Position numbers and translations under genes: made by a program. Under the pieces are notes generated by a model that saw only the letters and a program-made list of their open reading frames with translations, was not told the DNA's origin and made no database searches. This document shows, one piece after another, positions 1-8,938 of a stretch of DNA of 64,000 nucleotides. The stretch spans positions 186,001 to 250,000 of the IMG/VR virus record IMGVR_UViG_3300046517_002304. One strand, 5' to 3'. Each line of letters starts with the position of its first letter. Within the stretch, counting starts at the first letter, position 1.

Positions 1-750
1 CCCGTCGCCAGATGTATTATATGGTAGAGATTCTGGTATTGTATACATAAAATCATTGACTGCATTTCTAAGCGCGTCAGATAACCCTGCTCTCCCATCG
101 GTCATACGATTAATCGCTACGCCCATTTGTTCCGCAAGACGAGAAATAAGATTACTTTTACTTAAGTCATCTCCAGTTTCAACCAAAGCATCTTTTATTA
201 GTTCTTCGTGTTGTAGCGCGCTAAGGATTGCCATGGTATCGCCAAATGCTTCGTGAAACGCCGCAGTTTCTAAACATTGAACATTCCATAGGTCTGGACG
301 AACTCCGTCTAATATAGCATGGCCAAGCTCGTGCGCGACAATGTCAGGTGACTCACAAGTATAGACTGTTTTGCCGTCTTTGTCTTTATCATAGAAAAAC
401 TTTAAAGCTTGACGATCATAATAAGCATTAAATTGAACGCCTGCGCGAGGGAATACACTCAAGTTATTTATAGACGACCAACGATGCAGAGCGTGCATTA
501 AATTAGGTTGAACAAATCCAAGAGTAAAGGCTAGAGTAGAATATACCTGCATAACTTGTGGGTCATTTTTATCACCGACGAGCGTAAAGACTGGGCACGG
601 ATTAGGAAGGTTAGGAATATTAATCTTAACTTTTTCTGGAACCGATGGATCATCTAGAATATAATCAAAGTCCGAACCAATTGTTGGATTCATTGATTTT
701 ACATTTGATTGTCGGTTAAAAAAATTGCCTAAGAATTTAAAGAATTGCAT
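1..750 (-). CDS. Thermolysin-like (M4/M36-type gluzincin) zinc metallopeptidase, 3'-partial (runs off the window edge)
   Basis: Absent from the ORF track; translated by hand from ATG at 750: MQFFKFLGNFFNRQ...FNAYYDRQALKFFY...DIVAHELGHAILD...AAFHEAFGD. It has HExxH (~319-333), a downstream third-ligand E (HEAFGD, compare thermolysin NEAFSD) and NAYY (compare NAFW). Confidence 0.85.
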   Translation of the reverse strand, partial: MQFFKFLGNFFNRQSNVKSMNPTIGSDFDYILDDPSVPEKVKINIPNLPNPCPVFTLVGDKNDPQVMQVYSTLAFTLGFVQPNLMHALHRWSSINNLSVFPRAGVQFNAYYDRQALKFFYDKDKDGKTVYTCESPDIVAHELGHAILDGVRPDLWNVQCLETAAFHEAFGDTMAILSALQHEELIKDALVETGDDLSKSNLISRLAEQMGVAINRMTDGRAGLSDALRNAVNDFMYTIPESLPYNTSGDG

Positions 751-801
751 ATTATTTTTTCCATAAGTGTATTATAGAATATTTATTCAATCAAGTCTTA
801 A

Positions 802-1857
802 TTAACTTGTAGCAGCAGTAAATTCCGCAATTTGGGCGGGCTTTTTAAACTGAGATGCTACTGCTCTAAGAACCGTCATCCATTCAGGGCTTCCTTTAGG
901 CAGCGCTCTCCAGTCATCAATCGTCATCATAGTCCCACGGGGGGCCTTTGGATCAATGTATCTTTTTGCTATATGAACAATGTACTTATTAATTATTGCT
1001 TCTTTTGGCGTCATTGTGCCTGGCGCTGGGGGCGGAGCCGGGCCTGTTGGAGTTGCCCCTTTTGCTATTTCATCGTCTATTCTTTGAGCTTCTTGTTCTA
1101 CTATTGCATTATTACCTATATCATAATGATGCGTAAGATGCTGAACAAAGTCTAGGGCGCTTTCTGGTCTGCCTCCCATTGCTCCCATTTCCGCTCTATA
1201 GGTTGCATATAATTTTTTAAGCATGCTTTGCCAAGGAGCGGATTTACGCAAATATAGAGAGATGATAAATATTGACAGCAAATCTCTAATTGCCTTGTCT
1301 TTTGGCTTCCATCTAGCCCTTTTTTCAAATCCATCAATTATGAACTGATGCTCCGCTTTATCCTTGCTTGATGCATGCGGAGTATGGGTCTTAGGCGGTG
1401 TTGGAACTTGACGATGCTGTTCCCAGTTATCATCTAAAGTATTGTTAATAACCTGCGGATCATGAACTCCGGGAGGGAATCGGTATATCTTTGGATTTAA
1501 ATCATGTGCTTGTACATACAATCCAATTAATTCTCTTGGATTAAATTGATGCTGATTTACTTTATTGATACTATTTGTTAAGTCAATTAGGGTTTTATCT
1601 GGAATAATTTGATTTAAAGCCAAGGACTTTACGACATTAGTAAGATTTTTCTTAGCAAATAGGTCGGCTTTGTTCCACTTAACATTATGCTCACTTTGCA
1701 AAAACTTTATAAACTCATCCGCCGCTTTATTAAAATCTGCATCTGTAGGCTTGCCTTGTGTAATTCCCTGCATCATTCCTTGTGCGAATTGATTCACACC
1801 AGATAAGAATCCAGCTTCATCGTACTGATTGCTCCACTCTTTAAACCTTAATGCCAT
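802..1857 (-). CDS. Hypothetical protein with FKEW N-terminal motif; candidate virion internal protein
   Basis: ORF of about 350 aa. Likely start MALRFKEW at 1857, 5 nt after TAAATA. Contains Pro-rich linkers. Confidence 0.6.
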   Translation of the reverse strand: MALRFKEWSNQYDEAGFLSGVNQFAQGMMQGITQGKPTDADFNKAADEFIKFLQSEHNVKWNKADLFAKKNLTNVVKSLALNQIIPDKTLIDLTNSINKVNQHQFNPRELIGLYVQAHDLNPKIYRFPPGVHDPQVINNTLDDNWEQHRQVPTPPKTHTPHASSKDKAEHQFIIDGFEKRARWKPKDKAIRDLLSIFIISLYLRKSAPWQSMLKKLYATYRAEMGAMGGRPESALDFVQHLTHHYDIGNNAIVEQEAQRIDDEIAKGATPTGPAPPPAPGTMTPKEAIINKYIVHIAKRYIDPKAPRGTMMTIDDWRALPKGSPEWMTVLRAVASQFKKPAQIAEFTAATS

Positions 1858-1893
1858 AAACATATTTAGAGTTTGGCACGATATTATTAGTAT

Positions 1894-2280
1894 ATGGAAA
1901 GAAAAGAATTAGTCATTAGTCATCATATGTTTTTGACGCAAAAACAAAGGTATAGCTTATCCGAAGATGACACCACCCTTGAAGTTAGCGGAAGTAGTCT
2001 GGGCGTATGGAAAAAGGGCACTAAAACAAATGAGCCAGCAGAGGCGGTAGAGTGTAAGTATAAAATAACAAACAACATTTCTAGGCCCATTTTACAAGTT
2101 GACGGCGAAAATTATAAAATTGCATTGCCTGATTATGAGTCTAGGGCAGGATTACTCAATCCAAAAGACGGAGGGTTTAAAGGATTTCAATTTGCTTATA
2201 AAGAAGTGAATGAAAACTACGATTCTACTCATTATATCATAATTAATGACTATGATGAAATGATTGCGTCAAAAATCTAG
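1894..2280 (+). CDS. Hypothetical protein
   Basis: 128-aa ORF filling the space between neighbours; no motif recognised. Confidence 0.6.
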   Translation: MERKELVISHHMFLTQKQRYSLSEDDTTLEVSGSSLGVWKKGTKTNEPAEAVECKYKITNNISRPILQVDGENYKIALPDYESRAGLLNPKDGGFKGFQFAYKEVNENYDSTHYIIINDYDEMIASKI

Positions 2281-2316
2281 ATATATCTGATGCTTTAACA
2301 AGGAGTCAGAATATCA

Positions 2317-2754
2317 ATGTCAGTATCATTTAGCAATAATCAGGCAACATTAATCGTTGGGTCGCCTAATGCTCCATCAGTACAGGCCGCAGGCCGTTTA
2401 ACTGCAAAAACTAGCTCACAAGCATCCGTAGCAACATATACCGTTGGGTCGGCGGATGGATCTTTTGAAGTATCTGCAAACGTTTTGGTGACGGCATCAA
2501 GTAGCCATGCCTTTACCATTACCTGCGCATATACTGATGAAGGAAGCACTTCTAGAACGCTAACCATGTGCTTTACATTGGTGGCTGGCGGAACTTTGGT
2601 TACGTCTGTCGCAAACGCAAACGGAACAGTTCCATATATGGGAATTACTCAGCATATCAGATGCAAGGCTGCAACAGCCATTACTATAGCTACTACTGGC
2701 ACCTTTGGCAGCGTAACGTACAACGTAGAAGGTGTAATTAAGCAAACGGCCTGA
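2317..2754 (+). CDS. Thr/Ala/Ser-rich beta-strand protein, possible virion accessory protein
   Basis: 145 aa; AAGGAG Shine-Dalgarno upstream; composition typical of decoration or fibre proteins. Confidence 0.5.
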   Translation: MSVSFSNNQATLIVGSPNAPSVQAAGRLTAKTSSQASVATYTVGSADGSFEVSANVLVTASSSHAFTITCAYTDEGSTSRTLTMCFTLVAGGTLVTSVANANGTVPYMGITQHIRCKAATAITIATTGTFGSVTYNVEGVIKQTA

Positions 2755-2825
2755 AATTAACGGCTATAAAAATTATCCTGTATTAAATTCCATAAATAAA
2801 TAAGACCCTTATTTTAGGCAATTAC

Positions 2826-3731
2826 ATGAAAAAACTACATCTATCCATTGCTTTAGCGTTAATTGCTCTATTCAGCTTTGCATCGCTTGCACCCACTCCG
2901 GTATACGGAAGAAGTACGACAGATAAGCCAGCCGCAACTGCACAGGCTCCCGCTGGAGCTAAGCCTGTAGCTTTAACCGATGATACTGTCATTAAATATT
3001 TGGAAGCGTCTGTGATGATATTAAAAACAGACAATCTACAGCAGGGATGGATGGGAAGTGGTACTGTCTTATATCAAGACATGGATTGGGCATATGTTTT
3101 AACTTGCGCTCATTTATTTGATGATGCAAATCAAAAAGAGTGTGGCATACGATTCTTCTACAAAAATGGAGCGAAGCTTGATAAATCATTAATTTATAAA
3201 GCAGAAATACTTGGAATGAGCCATAAGGAAGATTTATGCTTTATAAGGTTTAAGGCGGACTATGATATTCCTCACTTTAGAATAGCGCCTAGGGATTGGA
3301 CTGCTGATAAAGGTGATTTAATTGTTTCTTGCGGCTTTGACCAGAGAGAAGGGAAGCTAGCAGCCTACAATACGTATTTTGATAAATATGAAGTTTGGAA
3401 TATGGGGCAGTTTAAGTGTGATAAATGCGGGCAAGTCCATTCTTATGAAAAAAGTTTATTTATTATTTCTGCACCAGGATATCGTCATGGTCGTTCTGGA
3501 GGCGGAAGTTTTAGCAAAGAAGGCTATATGATTGGCGTTTGCAGTAGAGGGTCTGAAATTGAGTTCGGCACAGGTAACGGCGGAAGTATTAAGGTGGCAG
3601 ATATTCATGATTATGCCAAGAAGCTAGGATTAGAATTTGTGCTGGATGGCAAAACTAAAACCTTAAGAGAGTCAACCGTCCAAACTAAAAACGGAGAAGT
3701 GCCTGGTTCGGATTATATTCCGGTTCCCTAA
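2826..3731 (+). CDS. Trypsin-like (S1) serine protease with signal peptide
   Basis: GSGTVL..VLTCAHLF (His), EDLCFI (Asp) and GRSGGG (Ser) motifs; N-terminal MKK-hydrophobic-ASLA signal peptide. Confidence 0.9.
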   Translation: MKKLHLSIALALIALFSFASLAPTPVYGRSTTDKPAATAQAPAGAKPVALTDDTVIKYLEASVMILKTDNLQQGWMGSGTVLYQDMDWAYVLTCAHLFDDANQKECGIRFFYKNGAKLDKSLIYKAEILGMSHKEDLCFIRFKADYDIPHFRIAPRDWTADKGDLIVSCGFDQREGKLAAYNTYFDKYEVWNMGQFKCDKCGQVHSYEKSLFIISAPGYRHGRSGGGSFSKEGYMIGVCSRGSEIEFGTGNGGSIKVADIHDYAKKLGLEFVLDGKTKTLRESTVQTKNGEVPGSDYIPVP

Positions 3732-4477
3732 AGAACATTTAAGGGTGAGTTCTGGAAGTAAGAACATAAACTTTTATACTCGCACAATCCGCAATGATCC
3801 CCAACTGTTCCTACAACTGTATCTGGATTGGACTCCATAACTTCGTTGTAAACCTTAAGCAGTTTCTTGGGCACATTCTCTAGTGTTTGTTTACTAAACT
3901 TAGCAGAAATAAGGCTTCCACCTTGCAGATAATAAAGTCCTGCTTTAATCTTACTTGGATCTACATTATACATCTCTGAAACCACCCATGTATAACACAT
4001 TAGTTGTAGGTCATTTACCACCGTCTGCATAGTTTTGCGAAACTTGCCTTCTTTGGTGGTTTTAAAATCTAAAATCCAGTATTCGTCATTTCTCTTAATA
4101 ATCATATCCATAAAGCCGACAACAAATTTATTGTGCGGGGCGTCTAAGTCCTTTTTAAATGGCACTTCAATCTCAGCATCTGTACCTATCTTTTTTGACA
4201 GCACCATGAATTGCTTTAAGTCCTTTGGCAATTGTTGGGCATAATGATACGGCAGTGGATTCTCGGTAGTCATTACTTCTTTTGAAATATCATTAATATT
4301 CATCATACCTTTATGCTTGGTATAAAGTTCAATGACCTTATGAACTATTTTTCCATATCTAAACCAGATTTGTTCGGGAATTGGGCTAGGTGTCTTGAGG
4401 TGATATTTTAACTTGTATTTGTATTTACATTGTTCAATAGTCCCAACTCTGCTGACGCTGATATGTTCTATATTCAT
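3728..4477 (-). CDS. PD-(D/E)XK nuclease, RecB/AddB/Cas4-like, with 4-Cys Fe-S staple
   Basis: Motifs EIEVPF, GFMDMII and ILDFKTT, plus QLMCY. One N-terminal Cys (IEQCKY) and C-terminal HCGLCEYKSLC. Confidence 0.85.
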   Translation of the reverse strand: MNIEHISVSRVGTIEQCKYKYKLKYHLKTPSPIPEQIWFRYGKIVHKVIELYTKHKGMMNINDISKEVMTTENPLPYHYAQQLPKDLKQFMVLSKKIGTDAEIEVPFKKDLDAPHNKFVVGFMDMIIKRNDEYWILDFKTTKEGKFRKTMQTVVNDLQLMCYTWVVSEMYNVDPSKIKAGLYYLQGGSLISAKFSKQTLENVPKKLLKVYNEVMESNPDTVVGTVGDHCGLCEYKSLCSYFQNSPLNVL

Positions 4478-4573
4478 ATTGATTTATCGGTTAATAAGAA
4501 AAAATAATTTAAGCCTCAATAGAAATTAGCATTTATACGATAAATTATCATCTGGACCTATTATTGGTGAAGC

Positions 4574-5212
4574 ATGAAGATAAAAGAAGTATTTGATTAT
4601 TTAAAGTCATTGAGCCTTCAGAGCGAGCTAGAGTCACGCATTAAGGCATTCCATGCTCTATGCTCACAGCCGGTCACCGGTAGTCCCGCCGAAGGACTCT
4701 TGCATAATGCTCTTGGTGGCGTAGGCGTTAAAACATCGTGGACTCCTATGAGTCATGCACAAGAAAAAGATATGGTTTTTGAAATAGGCGAAAACAAAGT
4801 TAACGTATCCCAAAAAGGATGTAAAGAGAGTCGCACTAGAATATCTTTTAGCAGTTATCGTACGACTTCAGCAGAACTACTGGAACAAAAACTAGACTTA
4901 ATTGAAAAATTAGATGCCAATCTTCACATGATGTTTGTATTCGCAAGAATGCATACCGGCAAAAACCCGCTGCCTGATTACTACAAGATTTATCTTATTA
5001 ATCCTCATTATTTAAATCCAAAAAAATTCAAGTGGAAAGAAGAAAGAGATGCAGACGGCGTGATTAAAGGATTTCATACTTACACGAATGATTTAAATAT
5101 CAATATGGGTATTGTTCAGAAAATGAGCGGACAACTTTGGGTTGATATCGCTAAGTCCAATTTAGAGAAACATCCAGATATGATTCTTGAATTAATGGAA
5201 ATTAAGATTTAA
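4574..5212 (+). CDS. Hypothetical protein, weakly restriction-endonuclease-like
   Basis: 212 aa. KDMVFE..VSQKG could be a D...(Q/E)xK PD-(D/E)XK core; not certain. Confidence 0.3.
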   Translation: MKIKEVFDYLKSLSLQSELESRIKAFHALCSQPVTGSPAEGLLHNALGGVGVKTSWTPMSHAQEKDMVFEIGENKVNVSQKGCKESRTRISFSSYRTTSAELLEQKLDLIEKLDANLHMMFVFARMHTGKNPLPDYYKIYLINPHYLNPKKFKWKEERDADGVIKGFHTYTNDLNINMGIVQKMSGQLWVDIAKSNLEKHPDMILELMEIKI

Positions 5213-6204
5213 TGAAATCTGTTAATCATAATACGTTTGTATCCTGGTTGGAGAAGCACTTCGATGTTATCAAGGAACGAGGTCCACAACTTCAAGTTAA
5301 TTCCTTTTTTCATGAAGATAAAAACTTCAAACTTTATTGTAATACAGACAAGAACTGCTATCATTGTTGGTTGTCTAGTGAGTCCGGATCTCTTTTTAAA
5401 CTTGTGTCTATAGTAGAAAAATGCTCATATAAAGAAGCAATGCAAATTTTGGGGGTTGAATCTGAAATTCATAACCTACATGAAAAAGTCAAAGAGCTAT
5501 ATAAAAAGAAAAAAGAGACTCCTATTGACCAAGTAGTAAAACAAATAGGCTTACCAGATGGCGCTTCTAAAATTTCGGATTTATCTAACGACAACCCTTT
5601 TAAGATAAAAGCCATAAAGTATCTTAGCACCAGAAAGATTGATTGCGGGGATTTGTATATCGGGTGCTTCGGCCCAGCGACAGACCGTATTATTATTCCA
5701 TATTATAACAAGAACGGAGCGCTGCTTTACTGGAATGCCAGAACAATTGTTGGGCATCCGCAGAAATACATGTTCCCGCTTAATGACGGAACAGGCAAAG
5801 GAGATTTTCTTTATTTCCCCGTTCATAAAAACGAAAGCAAGATTTATATTACAGAAGGTGAGTTTAACGCAATTACACTTTCGCAGATGGGATTTTTTTC
5901 GGCGTCAACTGGCGGAAAACAAGCGACAGAAAAGCAAATAAGACTACTGAAAAATTATGATGTAGTGGTTTGTTACGATAATGATAAGCCTGGCCGTATC
6001 GGCACATGTAAGGTCGCGAAAGAGCTGATATCAGATAGATTCGGCAGGCAAGTAAACTATGTGCTTCCGCCTAAAGATGTCAACGACTGGAATGATATGC
6101 TGAAGGACGGCAATCTAGAATTAGTTAAAAATTATATTTTATCTAATGAAAAAAGATTTAGCGAGGGGTACTTCAAAGTAGATTACTATATGGATTTTTG
6201 TTAG
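5212..6204 (+). CDS. DNA primase (DnaG/TOPRIM type)
   Basis: N-terminal zinc-ribbon-like region (FFHED...CYHCW), RIIIPYY..G.LLYWNAR, and TOPRIM motifs IYITEGEFNA, CYDNDKPG and DWND. Confidence 0.9.
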   Translation: MKSVNHNTFVSWLEKHFDVIKERGPQLQVNSFFHEDKNFKLYCNTDKNCYHCWLSSESGSLFKLVSIVEKCSYKEAMQILGVESEIHNLHEKVKELYKKKKETPIDQVVKQIGLPDGASKISDLSNDNPFKIKAIKYLSTRKIDCGDLYIGCFGPATDRIIIPYYNKNGALLYWNARTIVGHPQKYMFPLNDGTGKGDFLYFPVHKNESKIYITEGEFNAITLSQMGFFSASTGGKQATEKQIRLLKNYDVVVCYDNDKPGRIGTCKVAKELISDRFGRQVNYVLPPKDVNDWNDMLKDGNLELVKNYILSNEKRFSEGYFKVDYYMDFC

Positions 6205-6737
6205 ATCTTCTTTAATCCGTCAAGAAAATTAAAGAGCGGTTCATCGGTATAATCCCAAAAGCCAGAATTGGGCACGCCTTCAATTGATTCAAAATATCTC
6301 ATTGTTTGTTCACTTAGAATGTATGCCCATGCTGTTTCAACCGTAGCAGGATCAGTATAAGCATGTACTAGCTTGCGTACATGGTAATTAAAGCTTCCTC
6401 TACCGTAAAACGACTTTAGTTTATCTAAAAGCAAAATAGCATCAGGATTGGTTATGGTTAACATGTAACCGACTACTATATCTTTGCCGGATACTTTAAT
6501 TAAAGAGTAACTATTGGGGGTATACGAAATTACGCCTAATTTGCCGAATATAAATGCTGGCTTTATATCATAAGAGAAATCTGATAGCTCAGTTTTAAAA
6601 AGACGTGTCCCAGGTTTTAATTCACATGCTAAAAAAAATCTATTAATTTTTCGTATTTGTTTCTCGCCGCTTGACTTTCCGAGACTAAATCTGTTATTGT
6701 TCAAATCAGTTCTCCTGGTACTATGATATTTAATCAT
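6201..6737 (-). CDS. Gamma-glutamylcyclotransferase/AIG2-like fold protein (degenerate)
   Basis: FFLACELKPG in place of FVYGTLKxG; VVGYMLTI..AILLLDKL and YHVRKLV..ETAWAYI match the GGCT pattern. Confidence 0.55.
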   Translation of the reverse strand: MIKYHSTRRTDLNNNRFSLGKSSGEKQIRKINRFFLACELKPGTRLFKTELSDFSYDIKPAFIFGKLGVISYTPNSYSLIKVSGKDIVVGYMLTITNPDAILLLDKLKSFYGRGSFNYHVRKLVHAYTDPATVETAWAYILSEQTMRYFESIEGVPNSGFWDYTDEPLFNFLDGLKKI

Positions 6738-7023
6738 GAACCTGAACTATTTTGTTAACAAAATTTGTACCATCCTTACAGTATCAGTAAATTTAGACAA
6801 TCTATCTAAAATGCAAGTCGCAAATATCTTTACTGGAATAGTTGAAGATGTGAGCGATTATGGTGTTTTAATGCGAGCAATGAATGGAAAAAAGTCATTA
6901 TTTTTCCGCGATCACATCGTTGGAATATTAGAAGAAGAAGTAGTGCAAAAGCAGGAAATACCTAAGCCTGTACCACAACCGCTGTCCATTGACTCCTTAA
7001 ACGATATGCTTCTTAAACGTTAA
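6736..7023 (+). CDS. Small hypothetical protein, possible Sm/Hfq-like fold
   Basis: FTGIVEDVSDYGVLM...KKSLFFRDHIVGI resembles the Sm1/Sm2 strand pattern. Confidence 0.35.
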   Translation: MNLNYFVNKICTILTVSVNLDNLSKMQVANIFTGIVEDVSDYGVLMRAMNGKKSLFFRDHIVGILEEEVVQKQEIPKPVPQPLSIDSLNDMLLKR

Positions 7024-7267
7024 GATTTTCTGGTGGAGCGTACTCGCCAAACTTCTTAATGTTTAGTAAACACATGTCAAACTTAGAGCAAAGTGAATCA
7101 AAGTATTCAAAGTATAGCTTTTCAAATTCTTTAACTTCTGTTTCTTTGATGTCAAAGTAAACCGTTCGGCCCTTCTTGCCCACAAATTTATATCCGTGCA
7201 TATTGAGCCATGCGGCAATACCTAAATCGGATATTTGTTTTCTAACTTGCTTTTCTGTATCTGTCAT
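7013..7267 (-). CDS. Small hypothetical phage protein
   Basis: 84 aa, immediately downstream of the actin-like gene on the same strand. Confidence 0.55.
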   Translation of the reverse strand: MTDTEKQVRKQISDLGIAAWLNMHGYKFVGKKGRTVYFDIKETEVKEFEKLYFEYFDSLCSKFDMCLLNIKKFGEYAPPENLNV

Positions 7268-7282
7268 TTTCTTTCTTTCTCT

Positions 7283-8293
7283 TTATAAAACACTATTTTC
7301 GGCAGCAATTAAAGCGCCCTTGGCAACAGTAAGTAAGGTGTCTTTAGGCTTTTTAATCGCCCCAATGTTCATTGGAACCTTGTTCTCAATTAAAATTTCC
7401 TTAAACCAATCTTCAAAACCGTTAGGCGAACTAGTTCCACCGCTAAGCACAATATCAACTGGTTCATCCATGTTAAATTTACCATTGTTATCAGCAATTC
7501 CCTTTTTAATTCCGGCCACTGTCTTTTCTATCATAATACGATATTGCGTCATGATAGACCTTTCCACACTAGTTGTAGGCGACTTGGTTAAGTCAATTTT
7601 TGTCTTTTCTCTGTTAATAACGATTGGGCTTTCATTTGTTGCCTTGGCAGACATTTCGTCAATCCAGTCGCCAGAATTTGATATAGAGAAGCTAAAGACA
7701 GGCGTCCCATATACCGCATAACAAACATTGGACATTCCGGCACCATGACTACTGGCTAGACCAGTAAACTTCTTATCTTCTAATTCAGCAAATATAATGC
7801 AAAGCGCCTCATTAACGGCCTGTGGAAGAACCACTTTGTTGTTAACATTATATTTCTTAAAAATTGAATCTAGTATCTTCTGATGGTAATCGGCATCGGA
7901 AAAAGAATTAACGGCGTTGGCCGGAACAGTATAGGCTAAGGTGGCCTTATCTTCATTTACCTCGCCGATAAGACGATGCAACATTGCGCCTAATATAAAA
8001 AATGCTTCTTTTTCCTTAGGGTTAAGACATCCGCCTTGCATTGGTCGCTTTAACTGAATCTCGCTCATAGAATAGGCTAAGTTTAAGCTAGCCTCCCCGA
8101 TTGCAAAGGCAACTTTTTCCTTCTCAATCAGAGGAACCCCTGACTTCTTTAACATATTAAACATATACCTGTTATTAAGCGGTAATTCTACGAATGCGTT
8201 AATATCTTTGGTATACTCAATTTCATTATTTGCATTTCTCTTTGCGCAAACTAACGTGTAAGTTCCAACATCTAGTCCAATACAATTATTCAT
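7283..8293 (-). CDS. Actin-like ATPase (ParM/MreB/Alp superfamily)
   Basis: Phosphate-1 IGLDVGT, connect-1 VNEALC, phosphate-2 SHGAGMSN, adenosine VLSGGTS and connect-2 VAKGALIAA; 336 aa. Confidence 0.85.
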   Translation of the reverse strand: MNNCIGLDVGTYTLVCAKRNANNEIEYTKDINAFVELPLNNRYMFNMLKKSGVPLIEKEKVAFAIGEASLNLAYSMSEIQLKRPMQGGCLNPKEKEAFFILGAMLHRLIGEVNEDKATLAYTVPANAVNSFSDADYHQKILDSIFKKYNVNNKVVLPQAVNEALCIIFAELEDKKFTGLASSHGAGMSNVCYAVYGTPVFSFSISNSGDWIDEMSAKATNESPIVINREKTKIDLTKSPTTSVERSIMTQYRIMIEKTVAGIKKGIADNNGKFNMDEPVDIVLSGGTSSPNGFEDWFKEILIENKVPMNIGAIKKPKDTLLTVAKGALIAAENSVL

Positions 8294-8298
8294 TCAAT

Positions 8299-8493
8299 TC
8301 ATTCCTTCTTTAATTCTACAACTTTGCCTATTTCAATATCTGGAATCTCTAAGTCCCAAGGGACTTCTTTATTCTCAACATTGATGCCAATTTTTCCATC
8401 TTGATCTAGCGTAATTGTAAGATTAAGGTTTATTGTTATTTCGCCTTGCTGCGTCTTAGTGATTACGCTAACTGGTTTGGTTAAATGTGCCAT
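8299..8493 (-). CDS. Small hypothetical protein upstream of the actin-like gene
   Basis: 64 aa on the same strand, 5-nt gap. Confidence 0.5.
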   Translation of the reverse strand: MAHLTKPVSVITKTQQGEITINLNLTITLDQDGKIGINVENKEVPWDLEIPDIEIGKVVELKKE

Positions 8494-8496
8494 ATT

Positions 8497-8673
8497 TCAA
8501 TATAGTAAAAAGTTATTTTTTTTATAGAGTTCTTCAAATAAGACATCTATAAACACTAACTTATTAATGTCATTGTCTCCATCTAGGCTTGAGAAAAGAG
8601 ACTTTAATCCTTCTTCTGTTTGTTTTAACTTTTCCACATCCGAAATGATACCTTTATCTGAATTAGCTGCCAT
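8497..8673 (-). CDS. Possible 58-aa ORF below the track cut-off
   Basis: Hand translation: MAANSDKGIISDVEKLKQTEEGLKSLFSSLDGDNDINKLVFIDVLFEELYKKNNFLLY*. Ends 3 nt before the next minus-strand gene. Confidence 0.35.
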   Translation of the reverse strand: MAANSDKGIISDVEKLKQTEEGLKSLFSSLDGDNDINKLVFIDVLFEELYKKNNFLLY

Positions 8674-8938
8674 TAAAAATAACTATTGCCTTTGCTATAA
8701 GGGGTTTAATCAAGATATTGTTGTTCAAATGAAGTCTCTGAGACATTTAATTGAACAAAAGTATACAAGCATTAACCTTTTTCTTTGTTGTAGAGATGAA
8801 TTACTTTATTTATTAGGCGAAAATGATAAAAATATATGTATATCCAACTATACTAAGGAGAGGTATGCGTATACCCACGAGCTATCTGAGGTGCCAAAAG
8901 GCGAAAATCCCGTAAATATTTTTAGGAAAGATATATGA
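8645..8938 (+). CDS. Hypothetical protein, weak resemblance to a GT9 N-terminal segment
   Basis: Likely start MIPLSE at 8645 rather than 8567. QDIVVQMKSLRHLIEQKYTSINLFLCC resembles a GT9 strand/helix. Its end overlaps the next ORF start by 4 nt (ATGA). Confidence 0.4.
   Translation: MIPLSELAAIKNNYCLCYKGFNQDIVVQMKSLRHLIEQKYTSINLFLCCRDELLYLLGENDKNICISNYTKERYAYTHELSEVPKGENPVNIFRKDI

Noticed and set aside
56-256. Track ORF 56..256 (+) and the many other short ORFs nested antisense in long genes (e.g. 832-1155, 7176-7721, 11159-11581, 27225-27524)
   Set aside because: They lie wholly opposite well-supported genes and have no motifs or start signals.
3728-4477. CRISPR-Cas adaptation module
   Set aside because: Only a Cas4-like nuclease is present; no cas1/cas2 and no repeat-spacer array was seen.
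4574-5212. Cognate restriction endonuclease for the three methyltransferases
   Set aside because: The nuclease motif is weak and the gene is more than 13 kb from the nearest MTase; kept only as a low-confidence hypothetical.
7283-8293. Evidence for a nucleus-forming (PhuZ/chimallin) phage
   Set aside because: The protein has actin-fold, not tubulin, motifs, and no chimallin-like gene is recognisable in the window.
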